Source: the human T2T-CHM13v2.0 reference genome, Homo sapiens. From it: DNA of 64,000 nucleotides. The position numbers were made by a program, and so were the translations under genes. The stretch lies in assembly GCF_009914755.1 (NCBI RefSeq), contig NC_060938.1. One strand, given 5' to 3'. Position 1 is the stretch's first letter. Each line of letters opens with the position of its first letter. Shown piece after piece: positions 15,693-32,474 of this stretch. The notes under the pieces were generated by a model, which saw nothing but the letters and a program-made list of their open reading frames with translations, was not told the DNA's origin and did not search any database.

Positions 15693-18600
15693 AGCTGAGA
15701 CCTTTTCTGGCCTGAGTGCATGGTAGCAGGCCATGCTGATGTCACCTTTCTTGAAAGATGGGGAGATTCCAACACCCCATCTTCCCATCCCCATGATGCC
15801 CAAAGGGTCCCTGGGAATCTCAGCTCAGTTGTCCTCTCATTGTGTGTCATGGGAGAAGCGACCTTTAGATGTTCGCACAGGTGAATCAAAGTGCTGGACC
15901 CTTCCTCTACCATGCTGCAGAGAAGGGGTGGTGTTGGGGAATATTAAGTGGTGCATCTCTGCATAGCTAAAAGGCTGAGCTGGAGCATGGGCCACCGGGG
16001 CATGTGTGGTTTTGCTGAGCTTCCATTCTCTGGCCAGTGAAATGAAGTCTGTGAACATGGCGGTCATGGAGCTAAGTGATTCTTGGCTTTGGGAAGGAAA
16101 TTGGCGATGTCACCGGACATTTGCCCCAAAGACTTGTCACATGATGTGAGACCTCTTTGCCTCTGAGTCACATTCTGAATCACAGGATATGGCCATATTA
16201 ATGATGGCAGAGGCTGCCATTAACCAAGTGCACCCAAGCTGTAAATTCATGGAATCCTCCAAACAGCTCCATGATACATATACTGGTAATATCTTCATTT
16301 TTCAGGTGAGAAAATTAAGATGCGGAAAGATTAAATAATTTGCCTAAAGGCACATGGTTTGCAAGGGGTGGAGCTGTGATTCAATTCAGTCGTCTGATTC
16401 TAGCTTCCCCCATCCTTTTTGGAGGAGGGAAGTATCATAAAACTGTTGATTTCATTTAACAGAATTTTAAATGAAGTCTCTGCGTAGATGAACATAAGAG
16501 ATAGCTAAAATCTCAATGTGAAAGGATATCCTTTCATAGAGTTTCTGAGTTTCAAGGTCCTTCCAACTGCTGACATTTGACATTTGACACCTTGAGATTT
16601 TGTCTACAGAAAGTAGCAACATCATCCTTATACAAAGACCCAACTGCGTGAGGTTGTAGTTCCGAGAGTTTCAAAATTAGTTTATTTTCTTTGTGTCAAA
16701 TTTCAGTGCCATTTTCTTCCTCATTACCTCCTCCCCTCACCCTTTTCCCCTTCTCCTTTTTCTTTTTTCCCCTCCCACTTCCTCCTCTTCCTCTACCTCT
16801 TCTTCTTTCTCTTTTCTTCTTCTATAAATTATCAAGCTATTTGAAAACACTTAGGACCTCTGTTCATTTCTCTTCATACATTACGGTAATAGAAATTGGC
16901 CGACTTCCAGTCCCACAACAACCCTAGGGGTCACCTGATATTATTGATGGGAATTTAGCCAACACCATAATTTCAAGTTTGGCAACCATATGGGTAACAG
17001 CAAAAGAAGCTGAAAGCTTAAATTTTCCGGAGTGGTAGAATTTGTTCCAGAATGCCGGTCAAGATCCCAAATGTAGGTAGGAAAACATAGATGTCATTTG
17101 GGTTGTCCAGAGCTGGCAAGCTTCCAAATGTGCAAAACCACGGGAGGTGGGAGGTCTTCTGCTTTTGCAAAGCTTATAATACCACAGGAAGCAGCCAGAC
17201 AGTCCACTCTAGAACATTCTGCCAATGAGAAGATACTGCAGAGCATGGATAAGTCACCTTTTGAGAGCCCATGCTCCTAACCAATCTGCCGTGTTGCATT
17301 TTCACTTTGAACCACGATAAGACCATTGGAAATTAGGAAAGGAATCATGTTGCCCCGACTTTTCATTCTGAAGAAGTTCTAAGGAGTTGGAGATAACATT
17401 TTTCATAGACTCTTAAAGTTTTAAGCCTCCCTAAAGGCTTCCCTAGAGTAGATCAAGCATCCTCAGCCTACAGATGAGGCCACTGAGGCTGGACCAACGG
17501 CATCTTCAGGGTCACACAGCTAGTTAGTGGCAAAGCCAGAACCAGGTCCCTAGTGATGGATTCTCAGTCCCTGGTTCTCTCTGCCACACCACATCATGTC
17601 CCTCTCAACACCAAAGCTGGAGTGGTGAGAAAAGGCTTCACAGAGGAGGAGGAGGAGGAACGTGATCTAGGCCTTGAGGGATGGGGTGTGGGTGGGCTTG
17701 AAGGAGGGGCCAGGCTTTCTAATGCCACTTTAGTTTCCTTTGTGACATTCCCAAGGGATTGTTAGCTCCTTCAAGGTAAGTAGGTCTCCCACCTTCTGCC
17801 CTATTGCAGAGTTCCTGGCATGAGGTGGACACAAAACCCTAACCCTCTTCTCCAGGGAGTGAAACTCCTTATTTTTAAGACATTTGCCAAAGCATCGGGC
17901 CCTGAATAGAAACTCAGCTTCTATTTTTCTGCTTCCTTCTTTACTTCCTACAGATGACACTTTTGAGAGCGTGCTCTCAACTACAGTCCCCTCAGCCCCT
18001 GTCTGTGGGAGCTGTCCAGCGCCCTCTGTAAGAGTGGGCTCTGGCAGCCATGTTTGTAAGACCCCCAATGAGTGACTGAGGGGCCCAGGAGTAGACTCTT
18101 GACTCAAAGTAGACTCATGAGAGTCCCTCTCCCAGTTTGGAATTTTGACTTTGAGGGGCTTCTCAGACTCCTCTGATGGCTTGGACTGAGGCAATATTGG
18201 CTCGAGGAGCTGGGGGGTGTCCATCCTCAGACACGTGGGGAAGGCCTGTGCGGAAATGGAGGGAGATGAGCAGAAGCAGGGGAGCTGCAGTGATGAGAAA
18301 CCCTGAGAAGCCAGCCACCCTGGGCCTCTGGAGGTCCCTGCCCAGAGGAGGCCTTCAGCTCTTTTGAAGGCCTCTTTTCCAGTCACAGCAGAAGGACGGT
18401 CTGCTGCCTGGAACCTCACCATATTCTGATGTTATCGAGTTTCTGCAGAAGGAGCTCGCTCAGCCTGGGCTCTGACAGAGCCACCAGGGGAAGTCCTTGG
18501 TTAGACTTCGTGCTGGAGGAACCACAGTCCTGAGGGGGTGTAGGGGGAGTGTTGTTGAAGGGGAACTTTCTTCTCTTTCTTGAAGAGAGACTCTTGGCCT

Positions 18601-19019
18601 GGCAGTCACAATTTGACCTATGCTCTGGAAGGAATGGGAGTCTGGAGAAGATGCTCCTTCTTTTCTGCAACGGGTTTTAATCAGTGGTCTTCCTGGCACC
18701 ATGAATGGAAGAGAAGAGGCCTCCTTGGTAACTTCACCTGCAGGCATTGTAATGGGTACTGAGGAGCAGAGGGACTAAGATGATCTTATCTACAGCTAGT
18801 GAGTGAGATGGACCTGTGGATAGCGCGGCAATGAGATGAAAACGCCATGCTAAGGGAATGCACAGGCAGTGAAGGGCTCCCAAGAACCTCCATCCTGGTG
18901 CATCAGAGAACGTTTCCCACTGGGGATGGCAACTGAGTGCAGGCCTAAGGAACAACTAGGAGTTGGCTAGGCCAAAGGGGTAGGAGAAAACCCAGAGGAA
19001 GCAGCAAGAATAGAAGAGT

Positions 19020-19265
19020 ACTTTGGGAGGCCGAGGTGGGCGGACCACGAGGTTGGGAGATCGAGACCATCCTGGTTAACACAGTGAAACCCCGTCTATA
19101 CTAAAAACACAAAAAATTAGCCGGGCGTGGTAGCAGGTGCCTGTAGTCCCAGCTACTCAGGAGGCTGAGGCAGGAGAATAGAGTGAACCCGGGAGGTGGA
19201 GCTTGCAGTGAGCCAAGTTCGCGCCACTGCACTCCAGCCTCGGTGACAGAGCGAGACTCCACCTC

Positions 19266-19293
<28 letters not shown>
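19020..19293 (+). mobile_element. 5'-truncated AluY with A28 tail
   Basis: gagatcgagaccatcctggttaacac; TSD aagagta. Confidence 0.93.
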
Positions 19294-19296
<3 letters not shown>

Positions 19297-19491
19297 TAGA
19301 CGAGCAGAGCTGAGAAAGACAATGGTGGGGGTCCTGGACCAGTGGCCAGAGCAGCGAAGAGTGGAACGTCTCCAGCTTCTGGCTGGAAAGCTTACCAGAA
19401 AGAAGAGGGACCACATGAGGGAGTGGGGGCTTTGTCCTGCAGAGCTGCCATCTCCAATCCTCCTGGATTATCCATTCCATCTGTTAAATTA

Positions 19492-19981
<490 letters not shown>

Positions 19982-21311
19982 TTACAAAATAGATGTTTGC
20001 TCTTATACTAATTATTAAATATGATCATAGCTTAATTTCTTTCTTATTACTTTTGGATAAAAATAAGTAGACATAGAAATTCTGAAATAGGCTCTACAAC
20101 CCACTGTACATACAAGAGAACTGCTCTATAAATGAGGTTGGGAGCCCCCAGAGAGTTTGAGGACCATCCCTTTCCTCAGAATCAGCGAGATGTGTAACTG
20201 TGGCTTGGGTTGTCAAAGCCACTGCTGGTTGCCTCTGTGCTGGGTGATTCAGAGCAAGAAACCTCAGTAGCAGGCCCAGACTCTGTTGCCTTAGACTAAA
20301 CATCTAGAAGCCCCTGGGCCTGGTGACCCGCAGTCTGAATTTCTGGATGTGCACACCACCATGACCGTGTGCTTTTCTTTTTTTTTTTTTTAAGTCAACT
20401 GGAACCTGGACTTTATGGTTTCAGGGCTGTCAACAGAAAATGTAGAATTCACGTAGCTGCGGTCTTGCTGTGAAATTTTTGGGTAGAGTGAGCTGAACTT
20501 TCTGCCTGGACCATCTGTCCTGAACACCATACACAGCAGAAAATGGTCGAGCTTTGTCTGGGTCCAGGACATCCAGGCCAGCAAATGGCGGAGACATCAT
20601 GCTGAGTAGGGGATACGGAGTTTTCCAACCACATCACAGGAACTTTCCCGGGGCTCAGGGCTCAGCTCTCAGTGTCATTAAGGTAGTTAGAGAATTGACT
20701 CTGACGTTGTTCTCTTTGTCTCTGGCTTGAGAGTAGGGACTGTTGGAAGCACTGGGACCTTATTTTGCCCTTGGGGCTGAGCTCTTCACAAAGGAGATGC
20801 CTAATGAGGCTTGAAGATGGCGTCTCCCTGAGCTTTTTCAGAGGAATCCAGGAGCAGCGGTGACAACTAAAAGGTAGCGGCAGTGACACCAACACAGCAG
20901 ACATTTAAGGAGCGGTGACCACGTGCTCAGGCCTAAGCGCTTTCTAGTCATCATCTCATTGAACTCTCCCAACAAAGCGTGTGGCTACTTTTATTATTCC
21001 CACTCCACAGATGACGCCTGAGCCTGGGAGAGGCTTTCTCAGAGTCCCACAGCCATTTGTAGAGCTGGGGTTGCCAGGAGTCCCGGGCCCCAGGCTCCAG
21101 TCGCTCTTCCCACCATAGGAGCTGGCAGGACTGGGCTTTGGAACCTCACCTCCTACCAGCGTGTTTTTGGAAGTGGCTATTCTTTTAGGTTCTGCTAACC
21201 AAGCCAGGACTAAACCAAAAGGAGAACTCACAAAAGGGTAGCCTTAGGATGTTCACTCAAAACTGCAGGGCATACAATGGTAAATAAGTAAATAGGTTTA
21301 AATGGTTTTTA

Positions 21312-21660
<349 letters not shown>

Positions 21661-22283
21661 CTAAGCCTGGTCATCTTATGCTTTCCGGGCAACACTTTCT
21701 GATCAGGAATAAGATGTGAGAGTCCAGATTGAATCAGTTTATCTGTTGGAAGGAGATAAAAGGAGAAAGTTTTTCCAAGCAGCTCCTAAGGGGGAGATTT
21801 TTTTGTTGTTGTTGCTATTGTTCTTAACTACTATAAAAATGGTTCATGTGTGTGGTAATAAAATTTCAAACAGTTACAAAAGGATAAAGAAAACATAAGT
21901 TTTCCACATCTCCCGGCCTACCCCTAGACTGACTCTTTAGACGTAAACATTTAAAATCAGATCTAGGTTTTGTCCTCCTGTGGTTATAGGCAGAATTCTA
22001 AAATATGTTTATACTTCTCTCTCTTAGTTTATCTACTTTAAAGATTGTTTGAAAACTCCTTTATACTTTGAATATTGAGGAATTTAACTCAGTTATATTT
22101 CACCGCATGTTCTCCCTCCCAATTTTTATTTTTATATTAAGTCTATCGGAATCTTTATAACTTTAAATAATATACTTACATCTCAATTTCTTGGCCCGTC
22201 ACCTTTTACAGTATGTCTAACTTACAAAGTGTAAGTTCAGGAAAATACACAAGGCAGACTTCCTTCTGCCTTGTAATGGACAC

Positions 22284-22717
22284 TGTGGTGTGGCGTGCTG
22301 CCCAGATCCCTTTCAGGACCAAGGCCTTGATTCCCCAACTTTGGGGAGTGCTGGCAGCTAAGAGGTCTCAGCTGAGTCCCTCTCCAAGAATTGCTTTTGG
22401 CTGAAGGGAGTTACCTGGAGATTATGTGAGAGATTATGCCACCTCCCAGAGGGCAGCCCATATCCAGTGACTGGTCAGTATGGGTTATGTGTTATAATGG
22501 TGTAGCCAGCCTATTGGCCTCAATGGAGCAACTTTGAAGAGCCATCTGCCTCCTCCCAAACTTCTTGCAGCATTGACTGGGGCCTTGTATCTACTCACTC
22601 CTCCCCTGCCTGGTCTTGGCTCCCTCAACTCTCACAGGTGATGTTTCTGAGAACACTCTCCAACAACCTCCCTATACCCAAGTCTTAGAGTCTCAGAGTC
22701 TGTTCTCTGGGGAACTT
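22284..22717 (+). mobile_element. ERVL LTR (LTR16-like)
   Basis: gggagtgctggcagct...gaattgcttttggctgaag...cacaggtgatgtttctgagaacactc...gtctcagagtctg resembles LTR16B/C. Confidence 0.6.
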
Positions 22718-23391
22718 ATAAATACCTTCTCTGTATCTCCTATTTCTATTTCTGATTATGGTCAGCTAATAAACAATTACTTTTAATTTTTTTTACTGTG
22801 AAATATTTCAAACATACAAACAAGAAAATATAATAATAAAATTAAAACCGGAAGAAACACCACTATAAATAACATTGTCATTTTTTATTCTACCATGACT
22901 TTATTATATTACTTTACTATAACTTAGTCTTCCATGCTTTATTCAAAGATTGTTCCTAAGAATTGAAAACAGAAGACAGTAATTACAATAATTTTATTGT
23001 GTATTCTTTAGTGACAATCTAAATAGTGAGGTTTGACCTGCAGACAAGCAAATGTAATCCTATGCTATTCAAACTGAGCCGCCTAAAGGGAACTGTTGCA
23101 AGATCAAATGTCAAATGGATTTTTTTTATTGTTACAATCTACCAATTGCATAAAATTGTATTACATTTTGGTTTGCTTCTTTTTCAAATTACAACTTTCT
23201 ATATAGATTTTTACTGGAGTCACCTTTGTTTCATCTTGGTGACAAAATAACATAAACTTTTCCTACTATGATCATGTAGCATTTTATCACCCATTTTTAA
23301 AAATTTTTGGGGAAAAAAGCAAATCAATCAAAAAGTTGCTATACTAGAACAGTGAGCCTCCATTCTGTAATAGGTTCACCAGTTTTAAACA

Positions 23392-23427
<36 letters not shown>

Positions 23428-23511
23428 TACATATTTCTTTGTAAGCCATTAGAAAATAACTTGTAGAGAACATGACCTATCAGTCTTAAGTACTTCAGTG
23501 TACATCTCCTA

Positions 23512-23975
<464 letters not shown>

Positions 23976-24388
23976 TTGATTAGTTCTGCTTCTAATAGAA
24001 CTAATTGGCCACATTCAAGGGCTCAATACCCACATGTAGCTAGTGGCTATCATGTTGGATGGTGCAACTTGAGGCAGTACCCTGATGCCCACCTTCATTT
24101 CTGCTCCGTTTTCTACTCCAGTCTTGGCACTTGCACGTTACTAGTTTTAGCCAAGGCTCTTTCCACCATGGTTTCTCTCTCACGATGGTTCTTTCATTTT
24201 CTCTTACCCAGAAATTATTCAGGCTGTCTCCTGACCTGCTCACATTTCTCCCTCCCATTATTAAGCTTTGTTATGAATCTGTTTCTCTCTGCATGTCTTC
24301 TCTGTCATCTCAATGGCACGTGAAGCACACGAGCTTAGTAGTCTGTCTTGGATTAGAGATGTGAGGGGGTTTTAAGAGTAATCTTTAG

Positions 24389-24865
<477 letters not shown>

Positions 24866-25566
24866 TGAGAGAGGAATAATAATCTTGTATCCTTCCAGAT
24901 ATATCCTTGAGGATAGTAGTGTGCATAGAGAGGCTGTTATATGCTTTATCCTGCCTACTTCCAGGGTGGCAATAAAAACAAAATGCCCCGTAAATCAGTA
25001 CCACAAGATTCTGTTTAGAAATACATTGCTCAGATATATTTCATTTACATGAATTCTATGTTCAAAAGGATGGCGGCTCACAGGGAAATCTCATCCTTTC
25101 ATTCCTGAGTGGCAGTTAGTAAGGCTCCATGGAACTGGCCCTTTATGTTGTCATTAAGATTCCCAAGGATGTTTATGTCTACCATGGGGAGACTAGATTA
25201 AAGGAACGTTGGAAAGGCCACAAAGGGGAGAATGGGCAATGTAGGAACATGTATGTCCAAACATGGAAACCATATGGAGTTAAGACAAATCATGTTCTAT
25301 TTGCTGAGGAACCAGGTTGATTAAAGACTTTCTTATGACATGAATTGGAAAATTTGACATATGTACACATGAGGCTGATGGAGAAAAAGATGCTTAATCT
25401 TGCAAAAGTCTATCAATTTTATTGAGCTATATAAACCCCAATCTGTCCATACTACTGCCATTCCCCTCTAACAGCCACATTCTTAAAATTGCTTGGAGAT
25501 ATTCTAAAATCTGGTCTCCGGTAGGTATATAACAATTTATGGTCATTTCTATTATTACATTATATA

Positions 25567-25924
25567 TGTCTTGGTCCACTTTGTGCTGTTATAACAGAAT
25601 ACCTGATACTGGCTAGTTAATAATGAACAGAAATTTACTAGTATATAGTTCTGGAGGCTGGGAAGTCCAAGATCAAGGTGCTGGCATCTTGCCATAACTT
25701 TCTTCCTGTGCCATCACATAGCAGAAGGTGAAAGGGCAAAAGTACAAGAGAGCAAACTTATGCTCTCAAACCCTTTTTATGATAACATTAATCTATTTGT
25801 GAGGGCAGAGCCCTCATGACCTAAACACCTCCCATTAGGCCCCACTTACTGGCCCCAGTACTGTTGGATTGGGACTTAAGTTTCCAAAACATGAATTCTG
25901 GGGGACGCATTCAAACCATAGAAA
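25567..25924 (-). mobile_element. MaLR solo LTR (MLT1A/MSTD-like)
   Basis: ttctggaggctgggaagtccaagatcaaggtgctggca...gagggcagagccctcatgacctaa...cattcaaaccatag. Confidence 0.85.
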
Positions 25925-26245
25925 CTTGTTTGCTAGAGAAAACATGTACATTGTTTGTGTCATTGTTACCATTTTGATGCATAATCTGCCAATTAAATAC
26001 ATAGGTGTTTTCTTAATAAGAATACGAACATGCTAAATACATTGCTTTTTAACTTGCCTTTAAATTTATTTATATTATTATTTAGTTATTATATATTGTA
26101 TATCAATATATTTATAATAATTTAATATATCGTGAACATCATTGTACATTATTATTTTATCATTCTTTTGCAACATCATTTTTAGTGGCTGTATAGTTTT
26201 CTATTGTACTACTGTCTTTCTCTCTCTCTAGTCAGTCTCCTTTCA

Positions 26246-26583
<338 letters not shown>

Positions 26584-27529
26584 TACACGTTTCCAACATT
26601 TTTTTAGTCTTCTAGAAATACATCGGAATCTCTAGTCTGCTGATGCCCCTTATTTCCCTGATCAGTTTTATCCTGAGTCAAGTCCTTACTGCAGTTTTTT
26701 GCTGTCCTTTCAATGAGAATTGGAAAAGAGCGGGATATTTGGTGGTTCTCTCAGCCAGTCAACAATTCAATGTCAGGAGGCTTGCCTCTTTATATAGCAG
26801 CCTTTTTGTGTAATTATCTAATATTTTATTTCATATTGCTTTTTTCTTAAAATAGTAAAAACTAGAAAAGTGAAAGTGCTAACATTAATGATATGAAATG
26901 TAGATCTTTCAATCTCCTAGCAACTGAGACAAAAAAATGGAATTGATTGCATATGCTGAGAGCAGTAAGTCTTTACTCATTGGATGTAAGTCAGTTTTCT
27001 GGGTATTCCATTGTGAAAGGGAAAAGATAAAAATACATAAAGAATAGGATTGAAGTGCTAGGAACATATCAAAGATGTGCCTAAAAACCCAAAATTTATT
27101 CAATAATTGAATAAACAAATAAATTATGGTACATTCATTCACTGGAATATCAACAGGAATCGGAAAGAATAAACTACGACTGTACTCAGTAGAAAAAAGG
27201 TACAGAGAAAACCAACAGAGCAAAGATAATCAATAAAATCAAAAGATGGTTCTTTTACACAGTCAATTAAATCCATAAATAGAAAAATCTATAGAGACAG
27301 AAAGTAGATTAGTGGTTGCCTAGGGCTTGAGCGAATGGATAGATGAGATTTTGGGGGGGGGATGGCTAAGGGGTGCAGGGTTTATTTTTGGAGCAATGAA
27401 AACGTTTTAAAATTGATTGTTGTGATGAATGCGTAACTCTATGAATACACTCAAGGCCATTATATTGTACACTTTAAATGGGTGAATTATACAGTATATG
27501 AATTATACTTTTATTTTTAAAATAATTTA

Positions 27530-30500
27530 AAAATGAAGGCAAAATTAAGGCATTCCCAGATAAACAAAAGCTGAGAGAAATCATTACTAGATCTGCCTTG
27601 TAAGAGACACTAAAGAGAGTCCTTCAGGCTGAAATGAAAGGACACTAGACAGTAACTTGAATCCACAAGAAGAAATGAGGAGCGCCAGTAAAGTTAACTA
27701 CATGGGTAAATATACAAGAAAATGTAAATGTATATTTTGTTTATAACAATTTTTATTTCCAATCTGACTTAAAAGATAACTGCAAAAAGTAATAACTATA
27801 AATATGTGTTGATGGACATATAGTAAATAAAGAAGTAATTTTATGATAATATTAGCACAAGTGAAGAGGAGGAAAATGGAGTTATAAAGAAGTAAAGTTT
27901 TGTAATTATTAAAATTAATAATCTACAAACTTAAAATTAAAGTTTGTATTCACCTGAACTATATTATTCTAAGCTGTTAATTGTAATCCCCAGGGCAACC
28001 ATTAAAAAAAAACAACTCAAAAAATGTGATAAAAGAAATGGCAAGTTAGTTAAAATAGTACACTAGAAAATATCCATGAGACACAAAAGCAGGCAGTAAT
28101 GGAGGAATAGAGGCACAAAAAAGACATAAGACATGTAGAAAACAAGTGGCAAAATGGCTGATATAAATCTTACCCTATCAGTAATTACATTAAATATAAA
28201 TAGGTTAAATACTCCAATCAAAAAACAGAGACTGGCAGAATGGATAAAAAAAAATCCAACCAAATGCTGTTTATAAGAAACATATTTTAGATTCAAAGAC
28301 ATAAATAGGTTGTATGTAAAAGGATGGAAAAAAACATAAACGATGAATACAGTATTTAAAAGAAAGCTGAAGTAGCTATGTTAATATCAGACAAAAATCA
28401 ACAAATGTTACTACAGCAAAGAAGGACACTTGACAATAATAAAAGGGTCAATCCATTAAGAAAACTTAACAATTATGAATATATATATGCAGCTAACAAT
28501 ATAGTCCTTAAAATAAATGAAGCAAAAACTCACAGAATTAAAGAGAGAAATAGACGATACAAGAATAATAGTTGAGGCCGGGTGCAGTGGCTCATGCCTG
28601 TAATCCTAGCACTTTGGAAAGCTGAAGTGGGTGGATCACCTGAGGTCAGGAGCTCGAGATCAGCCTGGCCAACATGGCAAAACCCCATGCCTACTAAAAA
28701 TATAAAAAACTAGCCGGGCCTGGTGGCAGGCGCCTGTAATCGCAGCTACTCAGGAGGCTGAGGCAAGAGAATCCCTTGAACCTGGGGGACAGAAGTTGCA
28801 GTGAGCTGAGATCGCACCACTTCACTCCAGCCTGGGTGAAAGAGTGAAACTCTGTCTCAAAATAATAATAATAATAATAATAGTTGAAGACTCTAATACC
28901 CCACTTTCATTAATAGATGGAATGACAGAAGATCAACAAGGAAATAAAAAACTTGAACCTAAATCAGACATTAATAGAATATTCCACTCAACAACAGCAA
29001 AACACACATTCTTCTCAAGTGCATCATGAAATATTTTCCAGAAGAGACCATATGATAGTCTCAATAAAGTTATAAGGGCTGAAATCATACAAAGTATGTT
29101 CTCCAATCACAGTGGAATAAAATTAGAAATCAATAGGAGAAAATATGTGGGAAATTCAAAAGGATAGGGATATTTTAAAACCACTCCTAAAGAACCAATA
29201 GGTCAAAGAAAAAAATCACAATGGAAATTAGAAAATACTTTGAAATTAATGAAAACAAAACACAACATACCAAAACTTATGGGGTGAAGCTAAAGAATGG
29301 CTCAGAGGGAAATTAATCACTGCATACAAATATGTTAGAAAAGAAGAAAAATCTCAAATCAATAACCTGATCTTCCACCTTAAGAAACTAGAAAAAGATC
29401 AAACTAACCCAAGGGAAGCAGAAAGAATGGAACAATAAAGATAAGAGCAGAAGAAAGTGAAATAGAGAATATAAATGTAATAGAAAAAAATGAAATAAAA
29501 AGTTGGTCTTTGAAAAAATTAACAAGTATGAAAAACCTTTAGCTAGTCTGATGAGAGGGAGAAATAAGACTTGAATTACTAAAATAAAAAATAAGAGAAG
29601 GAAAATTACTGTTGACCTTACAAAAATAAAAGGAATTGTAAGTGAATACTATGAAAAGTTGTATGCAAATAAAGTGGATAATCTAGATAAGATAGACAAA
29701 TTCCTAGAAAGACACAGCTACCAAAACTTAATCAAGAAGAAATAGAAAAATCTGAATAGACTGAAAATAAATAAAGAGACTGAATTAGTAATCAAAAAAT
29801 TGTCAAAAGGGAAAACCTGGAACCAAATAGCTTCACTAGTGAAGTTTATCAAATGTTTAAAGAAGAATTAACACCACTCCTTCTCAAACTCTTTCACAAA
29901 GTAGAAGTGGAGGGAACACTTTTCAATGTGTTCTATGCAGCCAGTATTACTCTGATACCAAAGCTAGAAAATAACACAAGAGTACTAAAGGCCAATGTCT
30001 CTTATGCATATAGATGCAAAATTCTGGACAAATTACTAGTAAATTGAATCCAACAACATATAAAAAGGAACATACATCATGATCAAGTGGGACTTAGCTC
30101 AGAAAATAAGATCGATTCAACATATAAAAATCAATGTAAATATTGGTATTTACATATCAATTTACATATTGATATTTACATATCAATATTACTATATTAA
30201 TACAATAAAGGACAAAAATGACAGAATTATTTCAATATACACAGGAAGGCATTTGACAAAATCTAACTGCTTTTTATTAAAAACCACTTGAAAAACTATG
30301 AGTAGAAGGGAACTTTCTTAACAAAGAACATCTATGAAAAACCCACAACTAGCATTGTGCTTATTAGTGAAAGACTGATCAAAATCTTTCCGAGTAAGAC
30401 CAAGAACAAGACAAGGATATCCTCTCATACACCACTTCTATTTAACATTGTGCTAGAAGTCCCAGCCAGGATAATTAGGCAAGAAAAAGAGAGAAAAGGC

Positions 30501-32455
30501 ATCCATGTTGGAAAGAAAAAAGTAAAACTATCCCTATTTACAGATGAGATAATCTTGTATATAGAAAACCCTAAGAAATCCATCCCCCCTAAAAAATATA
30601 TTTTTACATATTATTAGATTCAATATATATCTATTAGAGCTAATAACAAGTTCAACTAGGTTGAAAGATATAAGAGCAATACACAAAAACTACTTATTTC
30701 TGTATACGGGCTATGAATAATACAAAAATGAAATTGAGAAAACAATTCTATTTATAATCAAAACAATTTATATCAAAAAGAATAAAATACTTAGGATGAA
30801 ATTTAACCAAAGAAGTGCAACCCTTATACATCAGAAATTGCAAAACAAAGAAGACTAAAAAATAGTGGGAAGATATCCCTTGTTCATGGATTGGAAGACT
30901 TAATATTGTTAAGAAGGCAATGTTTCCTGAATTGCTCTACAGAATTGATGCAATCTGTATCATTTTCCAGCTGTCTTTTTGGCAGAAATTGGCAAGCTGA
31001 TCTTATACAATTCATATAGAAATTCAAAGGTTCTGAGTAGCCTAAACAATTTTGAAAAAGAAGAACAAAGTCAAAGGACTCATACTTCCCAATTTTAAAA
31101 CTTACTACAAGACAGTGTGGAACCAGCAGAGGTAGAGACACATATATCAATGGGAGAGATTTCAGAGCCCAAAAATAAACCTTCACATTTATGATCCATT
31201 GATTTTTGACAAGGGTGACAAAATTACTAATGAGGAAAGAATAATCTTTTCAATAAATGGTGCTGGGACAACTGGATATCTACATGCAAAAGAATGAATT
31301 TGGACCTCTACCTCACACCATACAAAAATTAACTCAAAATAGATCAAAGACTTAAATGTAAAGCATAAAACTACAAAACTCTTAGAAGAAAGTCGATGTA
31401 AATCTTTGTAACCTTGGGTTAAGCAATGGCTCCTTAGATATGACACCAAAAGCATAAGCAACTAAAGAATAAAAATAGATAACTTGGGCTTCATCAAAAT
31501 TTAAAATGCTTTACAAATGATATTATCAAGAAAGTGGAAGACAACCACAGAAAATATTTGCAAATCATATACCTAACAAAGATCTAGTATCAAGAATATA
31601 TAAACAACTCTTACAACTCAACATTTTAAAAAATCCATTTTTAAAATGTGCAAAGGATTTGAATAGACATTTCTCTATATATACTTGAATATATATTATA
31701 GGCAATAAGGATATGGAAAGAGTTTCAACATCATTAGTCATTAGGCAAATGCAAATCAAAACCACACTGAGATACAACTTCACAACCACTAGGTGATTAT
31801 AATAAAAAAGATGAATAACAAGCATTAGTGAGAATGTGGAGAAACTGAAACCCTCAGATATTGCTGGTAGGAATGTAAAACAGGGCAACTGCTGTGGAAA
31901 ACAGTCTGGTAGTTCCTCAACAGTTAAACATAGAGTGACGTATGATGTAAAAGAATTGAAAACATATATCCACATAAAAACTTGTACACAAACTTTGTAG
32001 TAGCCTCATTTGTAAGAGTCAAAATATGGAAACAAACCAGATGTTCATCAACTGGTGACTGGACACAGTGTAGTATATCTATACAATGGAATATTATTGG
32101 GCCATTGAAAGGAATGGAGTACTGATACATGCTACAACACGATGAGCCTTAAAAGCATCATGTTAAATAAAAGAAGCCAGTCACAAAAGGCCACATATTA
32201 CATTATTCTATTTATGTAAAATAGCCAGAATGGGCAAATTCAGAGACAGAAAGTATATTACTGCTTTCCAAGAGCTGAGGGGGAGAGGAATGGGGAATAA
32301 TTGCTAACAGGAACAGAGGGGTTTTTTTAGGGTGATAAAAATATTCTAAAATTAGATAGTGGTAATGGTTTCACAACTCTGTGAAACTCTGTACACTGAA
32401 TTGTGTACTTTAAAAAGTTAAATTTCATGGTTTGTGAATTGTATCTCAATTTTAA
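27530..32455 (+). mobile_element. Large degenerate L1 (L1MB-like): ORF1 3' end, ORF2 and 3'UTR
   Basis: ORF1-like aaaatgaaggcaaaattaaggcattcccagataaac; ORF2 remnants FKEELTPLLLKLF..., [10 protein letters not shown]...[18 protein letters not shown]; 3'UTR ending tgtgaattgtatctcaat; many stops and frameshifts. Confidence 0.92.
28576..28875 (+). mobile_element. Alu (AluSx) inserted in L1, (AAT)n tail
   Basis: TSD aataatagttga at 28564-75 and 28876-87. Confidence 0.95.
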
Positions 32456-32474
32456 AATACACTAAAGAAGTATG

